Below, in pieces: positions 53,785 to 64,000 of a stretch of DNA of 64,000 nucleotides. Below the pieces are notes generated by a model. It had not been told where the DNA came from. It did not search any database and was given only the letters and a program-made list of their open reading frames with translations. The position numbers and the translations under genes were made by a program. Each line of letters begins with the position of its first letter. The stretch's first letter is position 1. This DNA comes from Octopus vulgaris (taxonomy: Eukaryota): contig OX597828.1 of assembly GCA_951406725.2 (NCBI GenBank), positions 39,432,001-39,496,000 of the forward strand, read 5' to 3'.

Positions 53785-54214
53785 GGATCTTTTCGGTTTG
53801 AACGGCAGTTTTTTCTAGCGGTGTCATATGAAATTGTCACCCATAATTATGACCCTAGTATCGATCTATTGCATTTCAATCTGTTTTAGGGTTTAGGGTT
53901 AGTTAGGGTTAGGGGTGGGGGGAATGGTATCTTTTTTTCATCACAAATGTAAATAAACCCAATCTGTTTCATAAACGAGGGACATATTCATATGGCACAG
54001 AATGTTTTTTTAACTCAATGGATGTCATCGATTGGCTGAAATTGCAGAAATTGAAGAAAAAAAAACAGCAAATATCTTACAAACTATAGAATTTTCTCAA
54101 TAAAGCCAAGAGAAAAAGATGTTTTATAAACACATTCTACCAGTATACGAAGTTTTAAATTTTCTAGTTACCTAGAAATTATGTTAAAAACTGCCATTCA
54201 AACCGAAAAGATCC
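53785..54214. mobile_element. Merlin-like MITE
   Basis: TIR GGATCTTTTCGGTTTGAACGGCAGTTTTT; perfect 8-bp TSD CTGTTTGG. Confidence 0.88.
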
Positions 54215-54764
54215 CTGTTTGGTAAACGTGAGCAAATACTGATAAGTTTTCTTTAACTTCTAAATATTTTAATTTCAATGAGTCAAGTTAACTCCATCAG
54301 TTCATGAATTCTGTGTGCAAAGAGAATTGTATGCTAACTACTTATGAGTAAATAGAATTATGACCTACTTTGTGTTTCAGTATTTCATATCAAATCATAA
54401 TATATTGTCAATTCCGTGTCAATAAACATCTAAATATTCTAGAATTAAACGACTGTACTATATTATATATATTTGGAGAATGACAGATTAGGAAACATTT
54501 CTAACCATTTATTATTTGGTGTCTTCGATCTAAACTGAATTTCCTACCTGATTCTTACATGTTTCGGAAAAAAAATTTTCAATGTGATAGTTTTTTTTCT
54601 TCTTATTTTCACAGCTGTTCATAAAAAATATAAACTGAATCTCTCAGTAATCTAATCTGTGATTGTGTTGGTCTTTCGGTTGATAATTTTCCGTTGTTTT
54701 GTACACACAATCATTTTATAAACTTTGGTGAACGATAAATTAAAGAATTTTTCAAAGCTCAATA

Positions 54765-54989
54765 TAGTAATCCCTCACCATATCGCGATTCACCTATTGG
54801 GGTTTATTATTTAAACTTACGTCGATTCCTCCGTTGTGTTGTTTTGCATTAATAATAAAATAAATATATACAAATTATAGAAATAATTGTAAAAATACAG
54901 TACAGTACTGTTTCTACTTCGCCGATTTTCACCTATCGCGGGAGGAGGAGTTGGAATGTAACACCCGCGATAATAGAGGGATTACTGTA
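54765..54989. mobile_element. Tigger/pogo-like MITE
   Basis: TAGTAATCCCTC..TATCGCG / CGCGATAATAGAGGGATTACTGTA. Confidence 0.7.
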
Positions 54990-55693
54990 CTTCTGTTCTT
55001 GTTTGTATAATGGAATTGTAACTCAGGTATTAGCAGATACTTTCCCTTTACCTCCTCTTCGTCCATACCAATCTAATTTGACCGTCTTCCTAAATGAATG
55101 TGTATTTGTACAATCTTTGTGTTACCTTTAGGGAAATTTCCTAGTTTTCTGAGAACGTCTAGATTGTTTGAACTTTTTGTTCAAAATGCTGTAACGTAAT
55201 TTCTGAAAGTTATTTGTGTGTTTTTACTAATTTAAGAAGGCACAAAAGTTTTGCATCTCGCTTGCTAACGTATGTGATTATGTTCAAGTTGATAGGGTGG
55301 TTACTGAAGGCCTTAACCACTGAGCCGTTCACTACAATATGTAACAGTGACTACACTCAGCAGCTCTTGTACATTTGTACTTCTAAGAAACATTTTCATT
55401 ATGTACAGAAAACCGCAGTCGGAATCGATGCGTCAAAGTATACGTTAACCCCTAATTGAAAAGTAGCTTGGATACTTTGTTGAAATAACTTAACGGCAAA
55501 GAGATGTTGTTTAACTGGATGATGTGTTGGGTCCGTTGTAATTTTAATTAAAGTCGTAAAATTGTGATATTGCTAAAATTCATAACAGCGAATCAGAACT
55601 TCGGAGGTATTGACCAAACACCAACAACTGAAGTATGAAGCGATAATGGAATGCGTGTATTATGTGGGTTTAGAAAGGTTTGCAGTACTTGAT

Positions 55694-55716
55694 GAGTTAT
55701 CTGCTCTTACATTCCT
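55694..55716 (+). promoter_or_regulatory. Module 10: exact 23-mer; canonical downstream donor degenerate
   Basis: Upstream CTGAAGTATGAAGCGATAATGGAATG. Confidence 0.55.
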
Positions 55717-56163
55717 GTTTCAGTTTCAAAATATTTATTCTCAATCTCCGTAAGAACATATAGAATGAGCTATAAACACTTCAAACCACAGCTTTCTGAA
55801 ATCGAAGTGTAACTTATAATTAAATATTTTCACCGAAGAAGATATCTCCTTTCTCTTAGATAAATTTATGTACAACCCATCCCTTGCTTATGTGGATCTG
55901 TGACTTTACACGTTTTCTTCAACTCCAGATAACTTTTCTCTACTATTTTATATATTTGGATTTCAAGGAATAAATTTGGTGTCATAAAATCTGTATTAGA
56001 AAATATGCGTACTGTACATAAATATATGAAACTATAGCTGATTTTCTCGCTTTCAAAAGAACCAATATTAGCTAAGTCAAAAGACAATTTTGACCAAATA
56101 TTGATTTACAGTATTTTGCTACTTTAATATTGATAAAAAAAAAAATAAATAAATAAAAAAAAA

Positions 56164-56198
<35 letters not shown>

Positions 56199-56926
56199 GA
56201 TGTTCTAGAATTGATTAACTATGTATATGATACATATGTGGAATGACAGATCTTAATTGCCACTAATTATTTATCGATGTCTTCAGTCTCAAGAGTGCTC
56301 AGTACCCACTGTCTCTCAGATATCTCGGAAAGGGAATTTTAAATGATAGATTTTGTTTTCAACGTTGTTCATCAGAAATTCATATCGAACATCTTAGTAA
56401 ATTATTCGGGTAATTGCGTTAGTTTTTCGATTCTAATACCCCATTCTTAAGTAGAGGTAATTTATAAACTTAGGTGGAGACTTTGATATAAATAATTTTT
56501 CAAAGCTTGGTTTCTATTAATATATGTAAAAATATAAATAAACAAAATATTTAAACATTTCAAACTGAGTTACAATGTCGTTTTTCGGTGAATTGTTGAT
56601 ATAAATATAAGCATTATTAATTTGAGTTTCAGTAGGGAGTCGTAAATGTGTGAAAATTTCTTTCCTTTTTGTCCATACACTTTTAATTTCGCTCTCTTAC
56701 TAAATTCATTTGCAGTGTTACTGTTGTAGTACCACCTACTGTCTATACTTTGTATACAATATGGTGCAAAGTAATTATCTGCTTTACTAACGGCGAAAGT
56801 TAATTAAATAAATAAACCCTGTAAATAAAATAACAGTAGAAAGTGACTGGTCGACAGATTCTGTTCCCGCCTAACATAAAAGGAACTTCCCATCAAGGAG
56901 GTGTCATTAAAGTGGGCGGTACGTTA

Positions 56927-57125
56927 GGCTTGATATCATTTTAATGAAAGTCAGAAGAATCTGCTATAAATAAAAGTTACTTCATATTCAAATCGATTAT
57001 TGTGAGGTATTGATTCATCACCAAGTGTTTAGTAATTGACGAGTTATCTGCTCTTACATTCCTGAGTCGATCTGGAAACATTTATTCTAAATCTCCGAGA
57101 ACATCAAATTGTATCGTGGGTGAGT
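56927..57125 (+). promoter_or_regulatory. Module 11: GGCTTGATAT box, TATAAATA (56965), 23-mer (57041-57063), G|GTGAGT (57120)
   Basis: Exact motif; the GGAATG block is absent. Confidence 0.6.
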
Positions 57126-57903
57126 GGAAACTCGTGATTTTTCTTTTTTAAATTTTTTTATTTAAATTCCTCTGAAATTGAAAAATGATTTATAATTACT
57201 TGTAACCTATTCTCTAATTTTATGATAGTTATTTTTACCGGACAAAATAATTTCTTTTTCTTAAATACTTTTCTATACAACCTATGTATATTGTTTATGT
57301 GGCTGTGTGAATGCACATGTTCTGATCAACTGGAGGTAATTTTTGTTTTTCTGTAGATTTTAATGAATCAATTTAACTTCGTCCGTTCATATAATTTGTC
57401 AGCAAAGTAGGTATACTACTACATATATATTGAATTATAACCATTTATACGCTGTTTCTAATAACTCGCCAAATATGTCGATATCTCGTATCGAATGACA
57501 ATATTTTATCAATTCAATAATGTTCAAAAAAAAAAAAAAGAAGGAAAAAAGATTTAGCTATTCTAGAGTTAATTAACTAAATGTGCAGTCATTATTATGA
57601 GGTAAGAAATTTGTTTCCCAACCACATGGTTTCGGGTTCAGTTCCCTTGCAATCTGGATTTTATAGAGTTGATTGGCTAGAATCATGGGCAAGTTTCTTA
57701 TACTATGCTTCCGGGCCGACCAAATCTTTGTGTGTGAATTTAGTAAACTGCAAATGAAAGAAAACCGCCATGCGTGTGTGTGTGTGTGTGTTTCGCCTGA
57801 CAGCGAGTCTTTGTTTACGTCACCGTAATTAAGCAGTTCAGGAAGAGAGACCGATAGAATAAGTACCAAACTTTAAAAAAAGTTCTAGGGTCGATTTGTT
57901 AAT

Positions 57904-57937
<34 letters not shown>

Positions 57938-58153
57938 GCCTTCCTACTATATGCACAAGGCCTGAAATTATGGGGGAAGAGGTTAGTAGATTACATCGAG
58001 CCCCAGTGTTTCACTGGTACTTAATTTATCGACCCCGAAAGGATGAAAGGCAAAGTCTACCTCGGCGAAATTTAAACTCAGAATGTAGCGACGGGCGAAA
58101 TACCGTTAAGTATCTCATCTAGCGTGCTAACTATTCTGTCAGCTCGCCACCTT
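57938..58153 (-). mobile_element. SINE family B within (TAA)n
   Basis: Reverse-complement core TTTATCGACCCCGAAAGGATGAAAGGCAAAG. Confidence 0.85.
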
Positions 58154-58337
58154 AATAATAATAATAATAATAATAATCGCATCGTGTAAGAAAAATGCAT
58201 TTGGAAACGACGCCTCAATAAACAATTAACGCCCGACCGGTTCCTAGTTACTGTGACTCTGTTAAGAACTAAAATTGTCGTTTAAGAAGGCGGCATGTTG
58301 GCTGTGTGATATGTTTGTGTTTGTGTCATAAAATTGT

Positions 58338-58559
58338 TATAAATATAAGCTATTTTCTGTTCAGATCAATTACGAAGTATTGATCTATCACTACCATCTA
58401 AGGTATGGAAACAACAATACAAAGTATGTATTATAGATTAATAAAAGCTCGTAGTAGTTGATGAGTTATCTGCTCTTACATTCCTGTCTCTCTGACTCTC
58501 TCTCTCTGTAAACATTCTGAATTTCCGAGAGAGAACTTCATATCGTATTGCAGGTAAGT
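58338..58559 (+). promoter_or_regulatory. Module 12: TATAAATA (58338), 23-mer (58463-58485), CAG|GTAAGT (58554)
   Basis: Exact motif. Confidence 0.6.
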
Positions 58560-59084
58560 GAAGATTTATTCGTGTTTTTAAAGCGTTCCTCTGAAATTGT
58601 AGACCAATATATAATTACATATAACTTATTTTTCATTTTTGTGTATTTTTTTTCAGTTAACAAGATTGTTTCATTTTCTTATGATTCCCTATACAAATGT
58701 TTGTGTAGTATTATTGTATGAGTGTAAATGTTTTGATCAACGCAAGACAACTTTTCTTTGATGCTTAGACATTTGAGTGAATTTTGTCATCACTTCAGAA
58801 TAATTTGTATGAAGAGGCAATTAAATATGAACTACATCTTGTCAATTTAATGTTGATATAGAAAAAAAATCATGGTACAATGTTATTCATTCGCGAAATG
58901 TAAGAGCTATAATCTTACCTTTATTGTCGCCGTCTAAAAAGGATTTGGTATTTCTTTCTGTCGTATCTGAAAGGGAATTTTAAATGCGATTTCAAGATTG
59001 TTCATAGAAAAATGGAATTGAACATCCAAATACATTAATCTGTGTAGGTCGGGCAGTATTTCGGTTAAAATTTTTCTTATTTTC

Positions 59085-59117
<33 letters not shown>

Positions 59118-59152
59118 GACACATATATATATATATATGAATATATATATAA

Positions 59153-59202
<50 letters not shown>

Positions 59203-59342
59203 CCGATTTTCTGAGTACCTCATTTCTTCTAATATATATATGTATGTATATATATATATATATATATATTAGTAAAAACGGTAAGATAACAAAACAAAGA
59301 AAGAGACCTCAATATTATGTAAATATATATATATGTACACAC

Positions 59343-59373
<31 letters not shown>

Positions 59374-59396
59374 TATGTATACATACACATATATTC

Positions 59397-59428
<32 letters not shown>

Positions 59429-59470
59429 TTTAACCGCAATACTGTCCGACCCACAATATATATATATACA
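59085..59470. repeat. Compound (TA)n/(CA)n microsatellite region
   Basis: Direct inspection. Confidence 0.9.
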
Positions 59471-59725
59471 TTTGATACGATCAATTTATAAACTTTGTTG
59501 TAGAATATGCGGTAAATAGTTTATCAAACATGAAATAAATAATTTATGAAAGCTCCAAATTTCTTTTATTTGATTACGGTTAAATCAAAAGAAAGGAGTT
59601 ATGCCTAATTTCTTTTTAGACCTACGTTATTTCGGTCATTCGAACCAGGTTATTAGCAAGAGTAAATTTTTGAAGGGAACGCGAGTGCCAGAACGCTTGT
59701 AATCTCGCGTGCGAGCTGTTGTTGG

Positions 59726-60350
59726 GCCTGACATCGTTTTAATTAAAATGAGAAAATATTTCTACTATAAATATATATAGTGGGATCTTTTCGGTTTGAA
59801 CGGCAGTTTTTAACATAATTTTTAGGTAACTAAAAATTTTTTAACTTCGTATACTGGTAGAATGTGTTTATAAAACATCTTTTTCTCTTGGCTTTATTGA
59901 GAAAATTCTATAGTTTGTAAGATATTTGTTGTTTTTTTCTTCAATTTCTGCAATTTTAACCAATCAATGATGTCCATTGAGGTAAAAAAAAAAAACATTC
60001 TGTGCCGTATGAATATGTCCCTCGTTTAAGAAACAGATTGGGTTTATTTACATTTGTGAAGAAAAAAAGATTGAAATGCAATAGATCGATACTAGGGTCA
60101 TAATTATGGGTGACAATTTCATATGACACCTAGAAAAAACTGCCGTTCAAACTAAAAAGATCCTTATAGTGAGCTCGACAACTACTGACGTGTGAAATAT
60201 GGAATGCGAGAGAAAGAGAGAGAGAGGGGGTATGTTTTAACAAAGGCTTTCAGTCGTTCATTAGTTATCTGCTCCTGCATTCCTGCTTCGATCTTTTAAG
60301 ATTTATTCTCAATCTCCAGCAGAACACATCAAATCATATCACAGGTGAGT
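59726..60350 (+). promoter_or_regulatory. Module 13: GGCCTGACAT box, TATAAATA (59766), MITE insertion, variant motif TAGTTATCTGCTCCTGCATTCCT (60262-60284), CAG|GTGAGT (60345)
   Basis: 3 mismatches; TTATCT and RCATTCCT are kept. Confidence 0.55.
59783..60163. mobile_element. Merlin-like MITE, same family as 53785 in opposite orientation
   Basis: Same TIR; TSD ATATAGTG / TTATAGTG. Confidence 0.88.
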
Positions 60351-61191
60351 GGGGATTCATTTATCTTTTTAAAACATTCTTCTGAAATTGAAGACTATTT
60401 CAAAATTACAAATAAGCTATTCTCTACATTTGTGTGTAGAGTTTCTTCCCCTAAATAAACTTCTTTATAACCTATGGCTTGTTAATTTGGATGTGTGAGT
60501 ACGAATGTTTTCAACTCCAGATAACTTTTCTTTGATATTTACATATCTGCATTTTAACGAGTCGATTTAACTTCATCACTTCATAAAATCTATATGTAAA
60601 GAAAAAAATGTAGGCGAGCTGCGTGTAGATGTATAGAATTATAAGAAATTTTATTCCTTCACAAAACTAGTATTAACCAAATTTTATATTGATTAATCCG
60701 AAAATCAGTATTTACTAAACTTTTTACAATTGATTGGTAATATTTTGTTCATTCGTTATTGATAAAAATCTGGATTTTATAGAGTTGATTGGTTAGATTC
60801 ATGTTGCATTTCTTCCAACATTCGAAGCACTTCAAATTTTCACCAGATTATTTCCAAGAAATACATAATAAAGAAGTTATATCAAAGAAAATTTTTTTTA
60901 AAAAAGTGGTGGAAGTTTGAAATACTTCAAGTGGTTGGAATAAATTTAACAAGATCCATTGATTATGCTATTCGATATATTTGTTGAATGCCGGATTTGG
61001 TATTATTGATTGCGATTTATGAATTTGATATCTTCATCTCAGGAGTATTCAGAACCTCAGACGTCTCGGATAATGATTTTAAAAGTGGTGGGATTTCTTT
61101 CGGAGAAAATTTAAATTGAACGTCTTTATCACTTTATAAACATTTGTGTATTTTTCACGGTTCAAATTTGTGTATCTTCATGTAGTTTTTC

Positions 61192-61594
61192 CAGGGACGT
61201 GCCGCCTGGGTAGTTAAGGCAGGCGGAGCCTACCCTACATAAAATAGATCGATAGTAACATTTTCCTTTTATGGCAAAATACGCACATAATTCAATTAAA
61301 TTATGAAGGTTACCCTACTTTGCATAAAATGCTTTTTTTTTCTTTCTGTAGATTAGGTAGGTATAATTCGCCCCTGCCTCTCAATTTCAGTATGAAAACT
61401 ACGTACAGTACTGCTGTAGTACATGTGCTGCGTACATTACTACAACGTTTTCTTTATGTGCTATAAAGGCAGAAGTAATTCTGCCTCCAACTCAGTCGCG
61501 CGACTGTTTCGCTTTTTTTTCTTTCTTTTGCGTGTTTTACTATATAAACGTCACCAACTGCCTACCCTGAGTAATTACTGACAGCACATGCCTG
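61192..61594. mobile_element. hAT-like MITE
   Basis: CAGGGACGTGC / GCACATGCCTG ends; 8-bp TSD AGTTTTTC / ATTTTTTC. Confidence 0.6.
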
Positions 61595-62072
61595 ATTTTT
61601 TCAGAGCCTAAATTTGTGTTAACCAACATTGTAGATCTAATAGGCAAAATATCAATATATTTGAAACTGACAGGTTGTACGCTCTTGACATATATCTAGA
61701 CTAGACTAATTTAAGTTTCAGCAGGGAGTCGTAAATGTGAGAAAAATTATTTCAGCCTTGTAAAAAAAATTTATTTGACCGTTTTACTAAAATTCATCTG
61801 TAGTTGTATATACTCTTAGGAAGGTTTCATTGTTTTCTGGGTACAACCAGCCTAATAAACTTTGTAAACAACGTTGTGCAAAGTAATTGTCGAAAGCAAA
61901 TTGTATGCTTTACAAATTACAAAAATAAAGAAAACTATTCGCACTGCAGTAGTAAAAGGCTAATTTTCAGATTGTGTTAGCACCCAGCCCGTACTCTCGA
62001 TCGGATACTAGTAACGTGAATCTGGTTAAAGAACATAAACCCACAAATGCTGTTAAGCTGGGATGCATGTTT

Positions 62073-62319
62073 GGCCTGATATAATTTTAATGGAAATCAG
62101 AAAATTTTGCTATAAATACAAGTCATCTCGGATTCGAATGAATAAGATATTGATTATTCACCAACTTCTGACGTGTGGAGCGAGAATGGAATGTATGTAT
62201 CATGTACGTTAACAAAAGCCTTTAGTACTTGACGAGTTATCTGCTCTTACATTTCTGAATCTCTGTAAGCATTTACTTTAAATCTGTGAGAATAACATCC
62301 AGTCATGTCGGAGGTAAGT
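62073..62319 (+). promoter_or_regulatory. Module 14: GGCCTGATAT box, TATAAATA (62111), GAATGGAATG, 23-mer (1 mismatch, 62234-62256), GAG|GTAAGT (62314)
   Basis: Most complete module. Confidence 0.62.
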
Positions 62320-63074
62320 AGAGATTCATCCATTTTTTATTTCCTCAGAAATTGAAGATAATTATATACTTCACTTTTGTGTATCTGTTTTCACCTTATA
62401 GGATAGTTTGCTCTTAGATAATTTTCTGTACACTCTGTTTATGTGACTGCACGTTTCGATCAATTATAGATAACTTTCCTCTGCTATTTGGACATCTGGG
62501 TTTCAATGAGTGAATTTAACTCCATCTCATCATAAGTCCTGTATGCATAGGCAGTTACATATGAACTACATTTTATCAATTCTGTGCTGATAAAAATCTA
62601 GCTTCTCTAAATTTGAATGATTATACTATCGTTGGAGTTCGAGTCACAAACTGGAAGGAAAGTTAATCAGATATTCTGTGCTAGCTGATAAGGATATTTC
62701 TCGAGGTTGTACCCACGAAGCACTTCATAACATGGGGTGTTAGATCGGACGGCGTGACGGTCCTGGAAAATATTTCTGAATAGCCTTTGTCTCCCGGTTA
62801 GAATAAATTATAGTTGTGAGGATAAGTCACCTCTATTGAACACATTTGTTCACTTTCTGGTGGCGATCACCAGTTTTTACGCTGTATAAAAAAATAAGCT
62901 GCTTCTTTCACTATTTATCTCCCCTTAATTTTAGTTCCTTTTTTTATATAACTAAATTGCAGTGGCAATCAGAGCATCAAGAAATTATATTTTTTTCAAC
63001 CAAAGACCTAACTGAAATGCTTGCGACATTTTATTCAATCAGTTATTGTTAGATCTTGATCAATTGCTAATTAC

Positions 63075-63351
63075 GGAGGTATTACGTTGAGAATGGAATG
63101 TAAATTTCATGACTCAGAAATATAACCGGAGTTGTCTCCCGTACTTTCAAGGTAATTGAAAACTATTTTTTTTTATTCTTTTAACTTATCTGTACCTTGT
63201 ATTTCAAATTGTTCGAAAAAGGCTGAATATATCTACAGAACAATGTTATTTCTTAGCGTAGAACGTTCGTTACATAATTATAACAGGTTGCAGATAAATA
63301 GCGTTTTTTGTCGGCAGTACGATATGAAAAGTTATTTCCCCTTACATTCTT
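63075..63351 (+). other. Module 15 (degenerate): GAGGTATT..GAGAATGGAATG and AAGTTATTTCCCCTTACATTCTT (63329-63351)
   Basis: About 5 mismatches to the 23-mer; no clear donor. Confidence 0.35.
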
Positions 63352-64000
63352 GAATAAGTCTAACCGGTTACAACACTTGAAATCATTGTAGCTTGTTCTC
63401 ACTGCAGCCCCTAATAAGGACTGTGCTTCACCGTTTTTTGGTTTTTTTTAAGGCTTATGTATTTTATAAGCAGCTGGAGAAACCCTGGTACCCATATTTT
63501 ACTATTTGCTAGATAGTTTTCCTCAACGAAGTCACTGTGTTTTGATGATGTCGACTGAAACGAGGTTGTCGTGTATCGGCTGTTGGATGTTTTTCAGATC
63601 TTTGTTCATAGGAAACGGTGCAATTCTGGTGGTGTGTGTCGTTGCGGGAGGGATGAGACATCAGTATAGAAAGTGTAGCCACACATCAAACCTGATGCAG
63701 CAGACTTAAGCTCAAAAGAACGGTTGAGGATTTTTTTGTGGGAAGAGGAGGAGGTTTCTGGCAGTGTATATGCATCCGATAAGAGAACTGAAGCCATTTC
63801 AGCTGCTATTGGCAGCAAGTAATCAGCCACAGATGTTCTTGTGTAGACGTTGGAGGAGGGGCTAAAGAAGATAGTATTATATTTTGTGAGATCTCAACAA
63901 CTGAGGACATTCATGTATTAGGGTTTCATTGGTAAATCACTTGGACAATCCAAGATAATGACTAAGATACACCAGCTCCAACCTGATAACCGAATCCCAG

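Larger units (their letters stand above)
40267..63351 (+). repeat. Dispersed tandem array of ~15 diverged non-coding modules sharing a 23-nt motif and a downstream 5' splice site
   Basis: See individual modules; flanking blocks are also homologous (GGCCTGATAT, CTGA..TGTGAAGCG..AATGGAATG, CTGAAATT, TTTATAATT, GATAACTTTT). Confidence 0.9.

Noticed and set aside
53885-53913. Interstitial telomere
   Set aside because: Only a few degenerate TTAGGG units, internal to a MITE
40267-62256. 23-mer as the mature miRNA of a cluster (minus strand has the miR-1 seed GGAAUGU)
   Set aside because: No proper precursor hairpin: only 6-8 bp pair with the upstream GGAATG block, which is absent in modules 1, 2, 3 and 11
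40267-62319. Spliced-leader (SL) RNA genes
   Set aside because: In SL genes the conserved leader abuts the donor; here the sequence next to the donor is variable, the conserved block is 50-71 nt away, and no consistent Sm site is seen
40340-62319. Recursive splice sites (AG|GT)
   Set aside because: No polypyrimidine tract before the CAG and module 11 lacks AG; an ordinary MAG|GTRAGT donor explains the pattern
63390-64000. GC-richer terminal segment with short ORFs
   Set aside because: No recognisable domain or splice structure; probably a decayed TE but unassignable by eye

Overview
AT-rich, repeat-dense animal genomic DNA; the tRNA-derived SINEs with (TA)n/(CA)n cores look like octopus/coleoid cephalopod elements (inference). 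About 1-35 kb carries a + strand ARNT (HIF-1beta/Tango) gene. Six coding exons are visible: the pre-bHLH 'DKERFAR' exon, two PAS-B exons and three C-terminal exons ending at a stop at 31587. I could not find the bHLH and PAS-A exons; they probably lie in the 100-N gap at 21229-21328. Introns are filled with SINEs, LINE remnants, MITEs and microsatellites. After the gene is a ~1.7 kb minisatellite built on TTTCCAGGAAGT (STAT/ETS/kB/HSE-like). The most unusual feature runs from ~40 to ~63 kb: a same-strand array of about 15 diverged non-coding modules at irregular ~0.3-3 kb spacing. Most keep a near-invariant 23-mer, GAGTTATCTGCTCTTACATTCCT, followed 50-71 nt later by a strong GT(G/A)AGT splice donor, and several have an upstream GGCCTGATAT box and TATAAATA. 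My best reading is a birth-and-death array of alternative promoters/non-coding first exons with a GATA+TEAD(M-CAT)-like element; orphan C/D snoRNA and miR-1-site readings are given as alternatives. None of this can be confirmed without RNA data.
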